The notes under the pieces: generated by a model
What the model was told of the DNA's origin: nothing
Seen by the model: the letters and a program-made list of their open reading frames with translations, nothing else
Database searches by the model: none
Shown: piece by piece, positions 19,369-28,379 of the stretch
Position numbering within the stretch: position 1 is the first letter of the stretch
Layout of the letters: each line of letters opens with the position of its first letter
Made by a program: the position numbers and the translations under genes
From: Bacteriovoracia bacterium
GTDB lineage: Bacteria > Bdellovibrionota > Bacteriovoracia > Bacteriovoracales > Bacteriovoracaceae
DNA length: 42,126 nt
Direction of reading: 5' to 3'
NCBI GenBank assembly: GCA_046570105.1
Contig: JBKHVI010000020.1
Coordinates: forward strand, 1 to 42,126

Positions 19369-19395
19369 TGCCACCTGGGACAAAACCGGGTGGCA
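19369..19395 (+). terminator. Stem-loop after the secreted gene (weak terminator or mRNA stabiliser)
   Basis: TGCCACCTGG-GACAAAA-CCGGGTGGCA, a 10-bp stem with one G-U pair and a poor U tract. Confidence 0.45.
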
Positions 19396-19402
19396 TATTA
19401 AT

Positions 19403-20041
19403 ATGAATGCAAAACTCCCTACCAAAGCTCAGGTTTATCAATACCTGTGGACCGCAACTCTATTGACGGCTTTCTTCAGCGCAGTCTACGGCTATACCAA
19501 CTGGCGTGCTGATCAAGTCCAGCGTCATTTTCGATTTTACTACGACTGGGAACTCTCTATTCCGCTTATTCCTTGGATGATTCTTCCTTATGTTTCACTC
19601 AATCTTTTAACGATTGCTCCGCTGTTTTATTTTAGCCCAGCTGAGTTGCGCCGTTTGGGCCGTACTATGGCAGTGGCCATCGTCATGGCCGGAGCGATCT
19701 TTTATATGTTTCCTGCTCCGATTGGTTTTTTGCGCCCTGATAGTGTGCCTGGCATTTGGGATTACTTATTCAAGCTGGTGTGGACCTTTGATCGAACCAA
19801 CAACACTCTTCCCTCGCTTCATATAACGTTTTCAGGAATTGCTATTTTAGCGTTATGGTCGAAGGTTACTTGGAAAGAGAAGATTGTTTATTCTTTATGG
19901 ACGATCTTGATTTGTTTAGCGGTGCTGTTTACTTGGCAACATCATGTTTGGGATATCGTCACAGGATTGATACTCTCTGTGATTTGCCACAAAGTAGTAT
20001 CTAAAGTGCCAGAAGGCGAGGGCTTCTCCTGGGAAGTTTGA
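19403..20041 (+). CDS. PAP2-superfamily membrane phosphoesterase/phosphotransferase
   Basis: NTLPSLH and TWQHHVWD motifs, about six TM segments. Confidence 0.85.
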   Translation: MNAKLPTKAQVYQYLWTATLLTAFFSAVYGYTNWRADQVQRHFRFYYDWELSIPLIPWMILPYVSLNLLTIAPLFYFSPAELRRLGRTMAVAIVMAGAIFYMFPAPIGFLRPDSVPGIWDYLFKLVWTFDRTNNTLPSLHITFSGIAILALWSKVTWKEKIVYSLWTILICLAVLFTWQHHVWDIVTGLILSVICHKVVSKVPEGEGFSWEV

Positions 20042-20967
20042 GTCTTTAACCAATCGTAGTACTGGCCAAGAAGTTCATCGCGAGGTCCTTTTCTTTCTGT
20101 TTCAAAAGAAATTCCTTCGAGTTCTTGGCATTCATTGGCAAAAAACTGATATGAAAAATAAGCAGCCAGTTCGTGCTTTAATTTCTTAATTGGCGAGCGT
20201 GAAGGTTTTTCGAGAACAAAAAGCCAGGCCTTGAAACCAACCTCGGCCGGATGAATGAGAATCATCATTCTGTTTTCAAACTTACCAATTTGAGTTTTCG
20301 CCAAAATCATATTGCCGTGGTGAACGGTATAATCAAGAGTGGCTTTTTCTCCAAAGCGTTTAATCAAAAAACGATCTGCTAAAGATTTGCCTAAAATATC
20401 GTAGCTAAGTTTTAAGCGCAGAGAAGTTTGGCTCGTCTGAATGAGCTGCGGGGGAGCGGTGGGTTTGCGATAGTGGACAAACTCAAAATGGGCGAGATCA
20501 AAAGCATTGCCCGCTGAAAGACTCCAGTGATTTGTTCCATTTAACTCGCGAACTTGAGCGCTCTTATATTCACTGAGATTTTCATTCTCAAAAAACGGCA
20601 ACTCGCCTTTGTGGTTAGGATCGGTGTGGATAAATACATGACCGCGCCACTCGGCTACCGAGAACGTTTTGAGACACGCAAACTGTGGAATATCGTGTTT
20701 GCTAGCACCAGGTATTGAGACACATTTTCCCTGAGAATCGAAGGCCCAGTTATGCATCGGACAAACGAGATGTTGCCCAGATACACGTGCACGTGTCAGT
20801 GAGGCCTTCATATGAGGGCAGCGGGATTCAACGGCTTTAAGCTGGCCTTGAGAGGTGCGATAGACGACGACTTGTTGAGCTGGAAGAGAGATAAGTTTAG
20901 GCCTAGCAGTAAACTGCTGATCATTTCCTGCGTAATACCAACTTTTTGGGATTTCTAGCGTCTTCAC
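19942..20967 (-). CDS. Rieske non-heme iron oxygenase alpha subunit
   Basis: CPHM...CPMH Rieske ligands and NAFDLAHFEFVH mononuclear Fe motif. Likely GTG start at 20967. Confidence 0.9.
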   Translation of the reverse strand: MKTLEIPKSWYYAGNDQQFTARPKLISLPAQQVVVYRTSQGQLKAVESRCPHMKASLTRARVSGQHLVCPMHNWAFDSQGKCVSIPGASKHDIPQFACLKTFSVAEWRGHVFIHTDPNHKGELPFFENENLSEYKSAQVRELNGTNHWSLSAGNAFDLAHFEFVHYRKPTAPPQLIQTSQTSLRLKLSYDILGKSLADRFLIKRFGEKATLDYTVHHGNMILAKTQIGKFENRMMILIHPAEVGFKAWLFVLEKPSRSPIKKLKHELAAYFSYQFFANECQELEGISFETERKGPRDELLGQYYDWLKTQTSQEKPSPSGTLDTTLWQITESINPVTISQT

Positions 20968-21044
20968 CCAATGATTATACCCTCGCCTAGGATTAAGCCA
21001 AGAGGATGATTCACAACTTAAGGGAGACATGATTGGATTGATGC

Positions 21045-22784
21045 ATGAAAAGCGCACGGCCATCAGAGTGGCTCAATATCTTCATAAACTTGGCCGCTTT
21101 CATTCTATGGGGCGCCTGTCTTTATGTCGCTTCACACAGTAATGATTGGTGGCAAAAATTGCTCGCTGTCGTGGTATTTTCATACGTCGCCAATACCATC
21201 TTTGCTTTTTTGCATGAAGCTGTTCATCGTGTCTATTCATGGAAGCCTTGGCTCAATGAAACGATGGGATTTCTTAACGGTGCGCTTTTTCCAACTGGCC
21301 TGACTTTCCAGCGTGTTTGTCATCTTGGTCATCATCTTCGTAATCGCACAGATCATGAAATGTTCGATATGTATTATCCTGACGATAATCTTTTTTTGAA
21401 GCGAGCTCAGTTCTATTCAATCTTAACGGGCATTTACTGGCTAACGATTCCGTTTGGTTGGTTTATTTATCTTATCTGCCCGTGGAGTTATCGCTTATTA
21501 AAAACGGAAAATAAGGCGATTAAGCATACGGGCGCTATCATGCTGCATCCGTTTATCGATCATCCTAAAAAATGGCGAATTCGTTTTGAACTCATTGCGG
21601 TGATCGGTCTTTTATTTTTTGTTGCAAGACTACTTGAACTCAAGTTTTGGCCGACCTTCACTTGCTACTGGATTTTTGGAATGGTGTGGGGCTCACTTCA
21701 GTATGCTGATCACGCTTGGTCAGAGCGCGATGTCTTGAAGGGTGCCTGGAATCTTAAAACTAATTTTATTACCCGCGCTTTCTTTCTAAATTATCATTAT
21801 CATCAAGTTCATCACACCAATCCCAAACTACCATGGAATCACTTGCCCAAGCATGTCGATCCAACTGCAGCGCAACCGAGCTTTTGGAAAATCTATTTTG
21901 AAATGTGGAAGGGCCCCCGTCCTGCCCACGCTCCTGCTCCAAAGCCTGTAGCTGAGGTTATGGCAGAACTTTCAAACGATGAAGATTTACAAGAGAATAT
22001 AAGGCTATCGGAAGAGTGGTTATGCTTCGTACAATTCTGTCACTTTACTCGTCGTCATCGACGCTACGGTACTGTTGGCTTGGCGCTCTACTTTTTGAGT
22101 TTCAAAAATTACCGTTTAGCGCAAAAGATGCGCCATGGGTTCTGTGCCTTACAACTTATTGATGATTATTTAGATGGGGATAGGGTCTGTGATCGCGAAC
22201 CAGCATTATTAGTTGGAGAATTACAACAATCTATCAATACTAATCATTGGAATGAGTCTGATCTCCAGCGCCTCATGCATGCCTTTTTGACTCAAATTGA
22301 TGGGATGCCAGAGGAAGCCGAAATTCGTACTCATATCGATAATGTTATCCACGCCATGTTGCGTGACCGTGAACGTGTTAAAAATAAAGAAGTGCTAGAT
22401 GCCGTCAGTTTGCGCCAACAGCATCACAAAACGTTTACTGCCTCGCTGGATATAGTTCTGGCCGTCATGCAGAGTAAGTTGCGTACTAGAGATCTTCCAG
22501 AGATTTTGGATATCTTCGCCTGGTGCTCAACGGTGAGAGATTTAGATGATGATTTAAGTAAGGGCCTAGTCAATCTCCCCAAAGATGTTTGGGGAGATAC
22601 AGTTCGTACTCAGGCCTGGATTGATGTAGAAACCAATGCCGCCAAAGCGATCATGAGTCAAGCCGAGATGAAACTCGCAAGTTTAAGTGATGATCCAGGT
22701 AAGAAAGTATTTGCGTTATTTTTAAAATCCATGAAAGTTTATTTCGCTAAAGGGCCTTATGTCGCCAGTCCTGCTGCGATTTAA
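21045..22784 (+). CDS. Fusion: fatty acid desaturase + squalene/phytoene synthase-like domain
   Basis: N-terminal HEAVH, HLGHH and HYHQVHH boxes. C-terminal LIDDYLDGD and VRDLDDDLSKGLVNLP Asp-rich motifs. Confidence 0.8.
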   Translation: MKSARPSEWLNIFINLAAFILWGACLYVASHSNDWWQKLLAVVVFSYVANTIFAFLHEAVHRVYSWKPWLNETMGFLNGALFPTGLTFQRVCHLGHHLRNRTDHEMFDMYYPDDNLFLKRAQFYSILTGIYWLTIPFGWFIYLICPWSYRLLKTENKAIKHTGAIMLHPFIDHPKKWRIRFELIAVIGLLFFVARLLELKFWPTFTCYWIFGMVWGSLQYADHAWSERDVLKGAWNLKTNFITRAFFLNYHYHQVHHTNPKLPWNHLPKHVDPTAAQPSFWKIYFEMWKGPRPAHAPAPKPVAEVMAELSNDEDLQENIRLSEEWLCFVQFCHFTRRHRRYGTVGLALYFLSFKNYRLAQKMRHGFCALQLIDDYLDGDRVCDREPALLVGELQQSINTNHWNESDLQRLMHAFLTQIDGMPEEAEIRTHIDNVIHAMLRDRERVKNKEVLDAVSLRQQHHKTFTASLDIVLAVMQSKLRTRDLPEILDIFAWCSTVRDLDDDLSKGLVNLPKDVWGDTVRTQAWIDVETNAAKAIMSQAEMKLASLSDDPGKKVFALFLKSMKVYFAKGPYVASPAAI

Positions 22785-24921
22785 AAGCTGGCTCCATACG
22801 CTCCTCGATTTTTGCGAGAGTCATGCTTGGATCACCATCATATTCACTTCTGTCGTCGTTCTGTTTTTTGCTTTGGGTGTTCCTCGTATAACTCAAATTG
22901 TATCAATTGAGGACCAACTTGATCCTCAGCTTACGTCCACGCAAGATCTAAAAAAATCCAAGCTACTTTTTGGTGGTCAGTCTTCATTTGGATTTCTGGT
23001 TCAGGCACCGACGGGAGGATTTACTGCCGGTGATTTATGCCATGTGAAGACGGCGATTTCTCAATTAGAAAGAAATCATAGCGAAATTACCAATAGCATG
23101 AGCCTTTTTGATCTTAGGAAAATTAAAATCACAAAAGATCAGGCCTACTATCCCACTTTGCTAGAAAATGTGTGTCTCTTAGATAAAAAAGAGAAAGTTT
23201 CATTAGAGTTTTTAAAAACAACACCATGGTCGCATTTGTTAAGTGGCCCAGCATTAAACGATTTAAGTGTTGTTCTAAGCCTTGCTCCACTGGACTCGCC
23301 AGGAAAGTATGGAACCTTTGATCCACTACTAGTTGAAACGCTTTTAAAAGAAACTAAAGAGCTTATTCCCCTAGATCTGCAATTCACTGGAACATCGGCC
23401 CAAGAATATTTTACCATGATTGGTTTGGCGGAAGCTCAGTGGATCAATATCTTTGCTGTTTTACTTATCGTGTTTGCTTTCCGAGTCCTTTTTGGCAAGT
23501 GGCGCGCTGGCTTTGTTTATTTTTTTACTGTCATATCTTCTGTTCTAGTCGTGTATGGTGGTATGGGATGGATAGGTCACGCTCTTGATCCACTGCTTGT
23601 TTGTTTGTTTCTAATGTTAGCGGTGGCCTCTCTCGAAGATTTTATTTTTGTTTCACATGAGATGATGAAAAATGAATTGAGCTGGAAGGAATGTTTTAAG
23701 CGAGTCTCGGTGCCGTGTTTTTTTACCTCGATTTCTGCTGCCGCTGCTTTTCTCTCCTTAAGCCTTAGTTCTGATTTGATAACCATTCAGCGTTTTGGCG
23801 CTTGGGCGGCTTTAGGTGCCATGCTGGAATGGATGGCGCTCTTCTTACTTACTCCAGCAGTGATGAAGGTTTTTCCCCGTTTGGGGCCTTGGATTGCGCC
23901 ACAAAAAGCAATCTGGCAAAAAGCCCCTTTACGCTGGTTAGATAAAACACCTCCTCGTTTTCTTTCCTTCTTGGCATTGGGAGTATTTTTTAGTGCCTTT
24001 TATTCAGTACAAAATTTTCGGTTGTCACAAACTCCGTCAGAGATGTTTCCTAAAGATCATCCTTTTCAACAGACGCTCGATTTCATCAAAGAGGACCGAG
24101 GTTGGGTAGCCGATGCAGGATTGATATTTGCCAATGATGTGACTTCTGAATTTAAGTCAAAGATTCGCGCCGTCATCAAGGGTGACAACTTAATTAGCCA
24201 CACAGAGACTTGGGATGGAGTGGTAGATTTTGTAGCGGATAAAAATTCTGACCCACTTGTAAAAAGCATGGTTGCGCGCGAGCTAGGTATTACTAAAATG
24301 AGCCAGCGCTATCTTTCTGCAAGCGGAGAAGAGCGCGACATCCTTTATCTTAAAACAACCAATACTGCGGAAGTGAATCGTTTTCGAGAAAAGGTAGATG
24401 GACTTTGCCCTAGCAGAGAATGTTGGTTGGCAGGAGAGTTCATTGGCTTTGCAGATTTCTCTAAAGGCCTGATTCATACGCTCTTTGAAAGCATGGTAGG
24501 GAGTGTGCTTTCAGTTGGTTTTATTGTCGCTATTCTGGGAGTTTTGACAGGTCATTTCAGACAGGCCCCAGGCCTTGTGCTGGCCTCTTTCTGGGGACCG
24601 GCGACCATGCTCACCGCCATTTTTTTGTGTGACATCTCAATCAATTTTGTGACCTGTATCGTGGCTTCCACTCTCATTGGTCTAACAGGTGATAATGCCA
24701 TCATGTTTATGTTTCAAGGGGAGACCATTGAAGAGGGTATTGAGCAACATGGCCTTGGCTCCTTGCAAACTTCGATTGTGATGGCGCTATGCTCACTCAC
24801 CTTTGTTCTATCTTATTTTGAACCTCCGCGCATGCTGGGTATACTTTTGGCCGGTGGTTTTTTATGCTCATTACTAGGTGATGTCTGGTTACTCAAAGGA
24901 CTGATGAAGAAAAATGACTAA
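22759..24921 (+). CDS. MMPL/RND-family lipid exporter
   Basis: Duplicated 1+5 TM layout with two extracytoplasmic loops. VASLED and IGLTGDNAI at the conserved Asp positions. Confidence 0.82.
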   Translation: MSPVLLRFKSWLHTLLDFCESHAWITIIFTSVVVLFFALGVPRITQIVSIEDQLDPQLTSTQDLKKSKLLFGGQSSFGFLVQAPTGGFTAGDLCHVKTAISQLERNHSEITNSMSLFDLRKIKITKDQAYYPTLLENVCLLDKKEKVSLEFLKTTPWSHLLSGPALNDLSVVLSLAPLDSPGKYGTFDPLLVETLLKETKELIPLDLQFTGTSAQEYFTMIGLAEAQWINIFAVLLIVFAFRVLFGKWRAGFVYFFTVISSVLVVYGGMGWIGHALDPLLVCLFLMLAVASLEDFIFVSHEMMKNELSWKECFKRVSVPCFFTSISAAAAFLSLSLSSDLITIQRFGAWAALGAMLEWMALFLLTPAVMKVFPRLGPWIAPQKAIWQKAPLRWLDKTPPRFLSFLALGVFFSAFYSVQNFRLSQTPSEMFPKDHPFQQTLDFIKEDRGWVADAGLIFANDVTSEFKSKIRAVIKGDNLISHTETWDGVVDFVADKNSDPLVKSMVARELGITKMSQRYLSASGEERDILYLKTTNTAEVNRFREKVDGLCPSRECWLAGEFIGFADFSKGLIHTLFESMVGSVLSVGFIVAILGVLTGHFRQAPGLVLASFWGPATMLTAIFLCDISINFVTCIVASTLIGLTGDNAIMFMFQGETIEEGIEQHGLGSLQTSIVMALCSLTFVLSYFEPPRMLGILLAGGFLCSLLGDVWLLKGLMKKND

Positions 24922-25579
24922 CATGACTTGGGCGGAAATTTTTCAAGCAGTGATAGGCGAATGGACATCAGGTCGCCTGCTCGCTGATATTTATGCTTCT
25001 TTGTTTCGTCATATCTCAGGCGTTTTTTTGGCTGTCCTCCTCGGCACTCCGGTTGGGCTATGGTTAGGTCACCATGCACGTCTTCGTCGCTTTATCATAC
25101 CTCCATTAAATTTCCTTCGAAGTATTTCTCCACTCGCCTGGATTCCCTTTGCGGTTGTCTGGTTTGGAGTCGGTGATCCGCCCGTCGTTTTCTTAGTTTT
25201 TATCGGTTGCGTTTTACCTTGGATTTTTGCCACGGCCCAGGCGGTGCAAAGTGTGCCCGAAGTGTACTTCCGAGTCGCACGCGATCATTCATTTAAGGGT
25301 GTGGAGCTTCTATCACAGATTATTTTTCCCGCCATTGCCCCAAGCTTATTACAAACGGGTCGCCTGGTCGCAACGTTAGGTTGGATCATTCTAGTGCCAG
25401 CAGAAATGTTAGCGGGTCGCGAAGGATTGGGCTTTGCCATTATGGATGCTCGCAATGGCATGCGAATTGATTTACTCATTTTAAACATTATTGTGATAGG
25501 TGCCTTGGCCCATACAGCAGATGTCCTACTCGAGCGACTCCGTAAAACACCGATGCTAAGGTGGGGCCATGAGCGCTAA
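24914..25579 (+). CDS. ABC transporter permease (SsuC/TauC/NrtB type)
   Basis: ISPLAWIP, WFGVG and AEML...GLGFAI motifs. Confidence 0.92.
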   Translation: MTNMTWAEIFQAVIGEWTSGRLLADIYASLFRHISGVFLAVLLGTPVGLWLGHHARLRRFIIPPLNFLRSISPLAWIPFAVVWFGVGDPPVVFLVFIGCVLPWIFATAQAVQSVPEVYFRVARDHSFKGVELLSQIIFPAIAPSLLQTGRLVATLGWIILVPAEMLAGREGLGFAIMDARNGMRIDLLILNIIVIGALAHTADVLLERLRKTPMLRWGHER

Positions 25580-26243
25580 GGTTTTACAAATTGAAAACCT
25601 GGCTTTCGCTTACGGTGAGCGGCAGGTGCTTGATGGAGTGAGTTTTAGTCTTGAGCATGGAGAATTTATTTCCATCGTAGGTATGAGTGGCTGCGGTAAA
25701 AGTACACTTTTACAATTGCTCGCAGCTGATAGAAAACCTTCGCAAGGAACAATAAAAAGAACAGGAACATTTCGGCGAGTTCATCAGCAAGACGGACTTT
25801 ATCCATGGTTAACTTGTGAGGAAAATATCTTACTTGGTTTGCGTGGAGCCCCTGCTGAAGCTAAGTCGGGTTTTACCGAGCTGGTGGAAACTCTCAATGT
25901 CGCTGAACATCTCAATACTTTTCCCCACGAACTCTCGGGCGGTCTTCGTCAACGAGTCGAACTTGCTCGGGCCCTTATCGGTCACCCGGAAGGTCTTTTG
26001 CTTGATGAGCCTTTTTCTTCATTAGATTATCTGACTCGTATGGAAACGCGTGAGTATCTAGCACGTATTCTTAAGCAGCGACCCACCACCGTCGTCATGG
26101 TGACTCACGATATTCCCGAGGCCCTGTACTTTGCTGATCGACTTCTTCTTTTAGCAGGTAAGCCAGCGAGTATTAAAAAAACGATTCAAAATCCCACGCA
26201 TGACCAAACTCTAGCCGAAAGTATTTGGAAGGAGTTGCGCTAA
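25569..26243 (+). CDS. ABC transporter ATP-binding protein (SsuB/TauB type)
   Basis: GMSGCGKST, LSGG, LLLDEPF and VTHD. Confidence 0.95.
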   Translation: MSAKVLQIENLAFAYGERQVLDGVSFSLEHGEFISIVGMSGCGKSTLLQLLAADRKPSQGTIKRTGTFRRVHQQDGLYPWLTCEENILLGLRGAPAEAKSGFTELVETLNVAEHLNTFPHELSGGLRQRVELARALIGHPEGLLLDEPFSSLDYLTRMETREYLARILKQRPTTVVMVTHDIPEALYFADRLLLLAGKPASIKKTIQNPTHDQTLAESIWKELR

Positions 26244-27238
26244 TGGGGAAAAAGGTCTTAATTATTTTTTCTTGTTTTGGTCTTCTCATCGCGTTTGTCA
26301 GCTGGCATCGCTATGAGCGTGCCAAAAAACCTATGCTCACTGCAGAGAAAACTTTGAATGTTGGTTTTTTACCGGTGACTTGTCACCTGACATGCCCTGT
26401 AACTGATTTTGCCACCAAATCGAGTCGACGCTATCGTTTCGTCTCTCAGCGTTTCACCGATTTTGCTACTGTCACAGAAGCTTTTAAGGCGGGAGCACTC
26501 AAGGCGACATTTTTTGTTGCTCCGTTAGCAATGAAACTGAGAGCACAGGGTATTCCTGGTAAAATCGTCTACCTTGGTCATCGTGATGGTTCAACGGTGA
26601 TGGTTCGCAAGGATGATACCGCTAAAGACTTGCGTGATTTAAGAGGAAAGCGTTTTGGTATTCCTACCCGCTATTCAAATCAATACCTGGTCATTCGAAA
26701 ATTAATGAAAGACCTGGGTATGGATCCTTCCGATTTAATCTTCACTGAACTTCCACCACCCGAGATGCCGAGTGCTCTCGCTTCGGGAGCCATTGATGCC
26801 TACTTCATTGGTGAACCTCATGCAGCGAAAGCGGAGTTAGATGGAACAGGGCGAGTGCTTTATCATGCCAAGGATATATGGCCTAAGTTTATTTCCTGCG
26901 TATTAGTGGTGCACGAGGATTTGATTAAAAATGATCCTCAGCTTGTCGCTGAACTGGTGCGGGGTATTGCCGAAAGTGGTGAGTGGGCCGAGCAAAATCG
27001 CTTGAAAGCAGCTGAACTAGTGGCTCCCTATTTCAGACAAGATGAAAAAGTTATTCGTCATGTTTTAACTCAACCAACAGATCGTGTGAGCTATCGCATG
27101 CTGACTCCAACAGATAAAGAGCTCTCTGAAATTCATGATATGGCCCGGGAAGCAGGACTCTTAGAGAGAAATATCAGCATGGGTGAAATGCTTGATAGAA
27201 GCTTTATCCCAAAAGATATTGCGCCAGCAGCTATCTAG
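26243..27238 (+). CDS. ABC substrate-binding protein (NMT1/SsuA/CmpA-like)
   Basis: TAATG coupling and AAGGAG RBS, N-terminal anchor, GFLPVTCHLTC, PPPEM and GEP. Confidence 0.9.
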   Translation: MGKKVLIIFSCFGLLIAFVSWHRYERAKKPMLTAEKTLNVGFLPVTCHLTCPVTDFATKSSRRYRFVSQRFTDFATVTEAFKAGALKATFFVAPLAMKLRAQGIPGKIVYLGHRDGSTVMVRKDDTAKDLRDLRGKRFGIPTRYSNQYLVIRKLMKDLGMDPSDLIFTELPPPEMPSALASGAIDAYFIGEPHAAKAELDGTGRVLYHAKDIWPKFISCVLVVHEDLIKNDPQLVAELVRGIAESGEWAEQNRLKAAELVAPYFRQDEKVIRHVLTQPTDRVSYRMLTPTDKELSEIHDMAREAGLLERNISMGEMLDRSFIPKDIAPAAI

Positions 27239-28379
27239 CTGGTCTACGAGTCAGAAGACTTGCCATTGATGTGACAATTAAAGCGTAGGGAAAAATGCCC
27301 GGTGAAAAAATCTCAGCCGCCATCACCGCCATCGTCCAGGGTGCTCCCATGACACATCCATAGAGTGTCACAAATCCAAGCGCTGCTAAGAAATCGAATG
27401 AAAAGGGAAGGATTTGCGAAAGAGCGGCACCTAGGCTTGAGCCGATAAAAACTAACGGAGTAAATTCTCCACCTTTGAGTCCGGCCACTAAGCTGAGAAT
27501 TGTTGCGGATAATTTAAACCATAGATCATGAGGCTCGCTCACTCCTTGGAGTGTGGCTTCAATGGTGTTGAGTCCAAGGCCTGCGAAACGAGAATGACCG
27601 ATCAAAAGAAAAAGTCCAAGTAGGAGCGATGAGCCCACTAACCCTCGAAGAATCGTTGAAGGGATAAAGCGCCTACTCACACTATCGAGTTTGGAGTGAC
27701 TCCAAATAAAAATATTAGCGATAAAGGCCATGGCAATCGCTATTGCTGGAAGTCCCCAGAGCATATCGAACGAGAAGTGAGGAATCGTCGGTATTCGCCA
27801 TGAGATATGAGGTAGTCCAAAATAGGGCGTGAGTTTGAGTGCAAATAATGTAGCAAGGATTGAGTAGGGAAGTGAGCGCCAGCGGCCCGCTTTACAGATC
27901 TCCCACGCAAAAATTATCCCAGCAACAGGTGCTCCAATCGCAACACCAAAGCTGGTGGCGAGTGTGGCAGACAGCACAGTTCTTCGCTCAAAGGGATCAA
28001 GTGAGAAGAAATGGTTCAATTGATCGGCCAGACTTGTTCCAATTTGAATGGCAGCACCTTCACGACCCGTGGAGGCGCCTACCAGATGAGAAAAGAGTGT
28101 TCCAAGATAGATGAGGGGAGCCGTCATCCAGCTTAAAATTTTACGTGGAGTTTTAATTTCTTCTTGAATGAGATGGAGACCACCCCCACTTACACGGCCA
28201 AATTTATGATTAAAAATACCAATGATAAGGCCTGCGAGTGGCAGAAAATAAATAAGACCTGGTAAAAATTCTCTTAGATCTGTAATGGCCTTGAGAGAGT
28301 TAAGAAAAAAGCTGACCGACGCTGATGCGATAGTTGCGGCAACAAGACAAATAAGAATAAGACGTAAAAAAGAAATCAT
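27231..28379 (-). CDS. CLC-family anion channel/antiporter, CLC-F-like
   Basis: GREG and GGEFTP motifs, with GLHLI at the position of CLC-F GNNLI. Confidence 0.85.
   Translation of the reverse strand: MISFLRLILICLVAATIASASVSFFLNSLKAITDLREFLPGLIYFLPLAGLIIGIFNHKFGRVSGGGLHLIQEEIKTPRKILSWMTAPLIYLGTLFSHLVGASTGREGAAIQIGTSLADQLNHFFSLDPFERRTVLSATLATSFGVAIGAPVAGIIFAWEICKAGRWRSLPYSILATLFALKLTPYFGLPHISWRIPTIPHFSFDMLWGLPAIAIAMAFIANIFIWSHSKLDSVSRRFIPSTILRGLVGSSLLLGLFLLIGHSRFAGLGLNTIEATLQGVSEPHDLWFKLSATILSLVAGLKGGEFTPLVFIGSSLGAALSQILPFSFDFLAALGFVTLYGCVMGAPWTMAVMAAEIFSPGIFPYALIVTSMASLLTRRPAR

Noticed and set aside
19403..20041. Calling the PAP2 protein a sphingolipid (IPC-type) synthase and the cluster a sphingolipid pathway
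   Set aside because: The motifs fit the superfamily only, and no serine palmitoyltransferase or ceramide synthase is in the window.
21045..24921. Calling the cluster carotenoid or hopanoid biosynthesis
   Set aside because: No CrtI/HpnE-type flavin desaturase, cyclase or prenyl diphosphate synthase is present, and the synthase-like domain is divergent.
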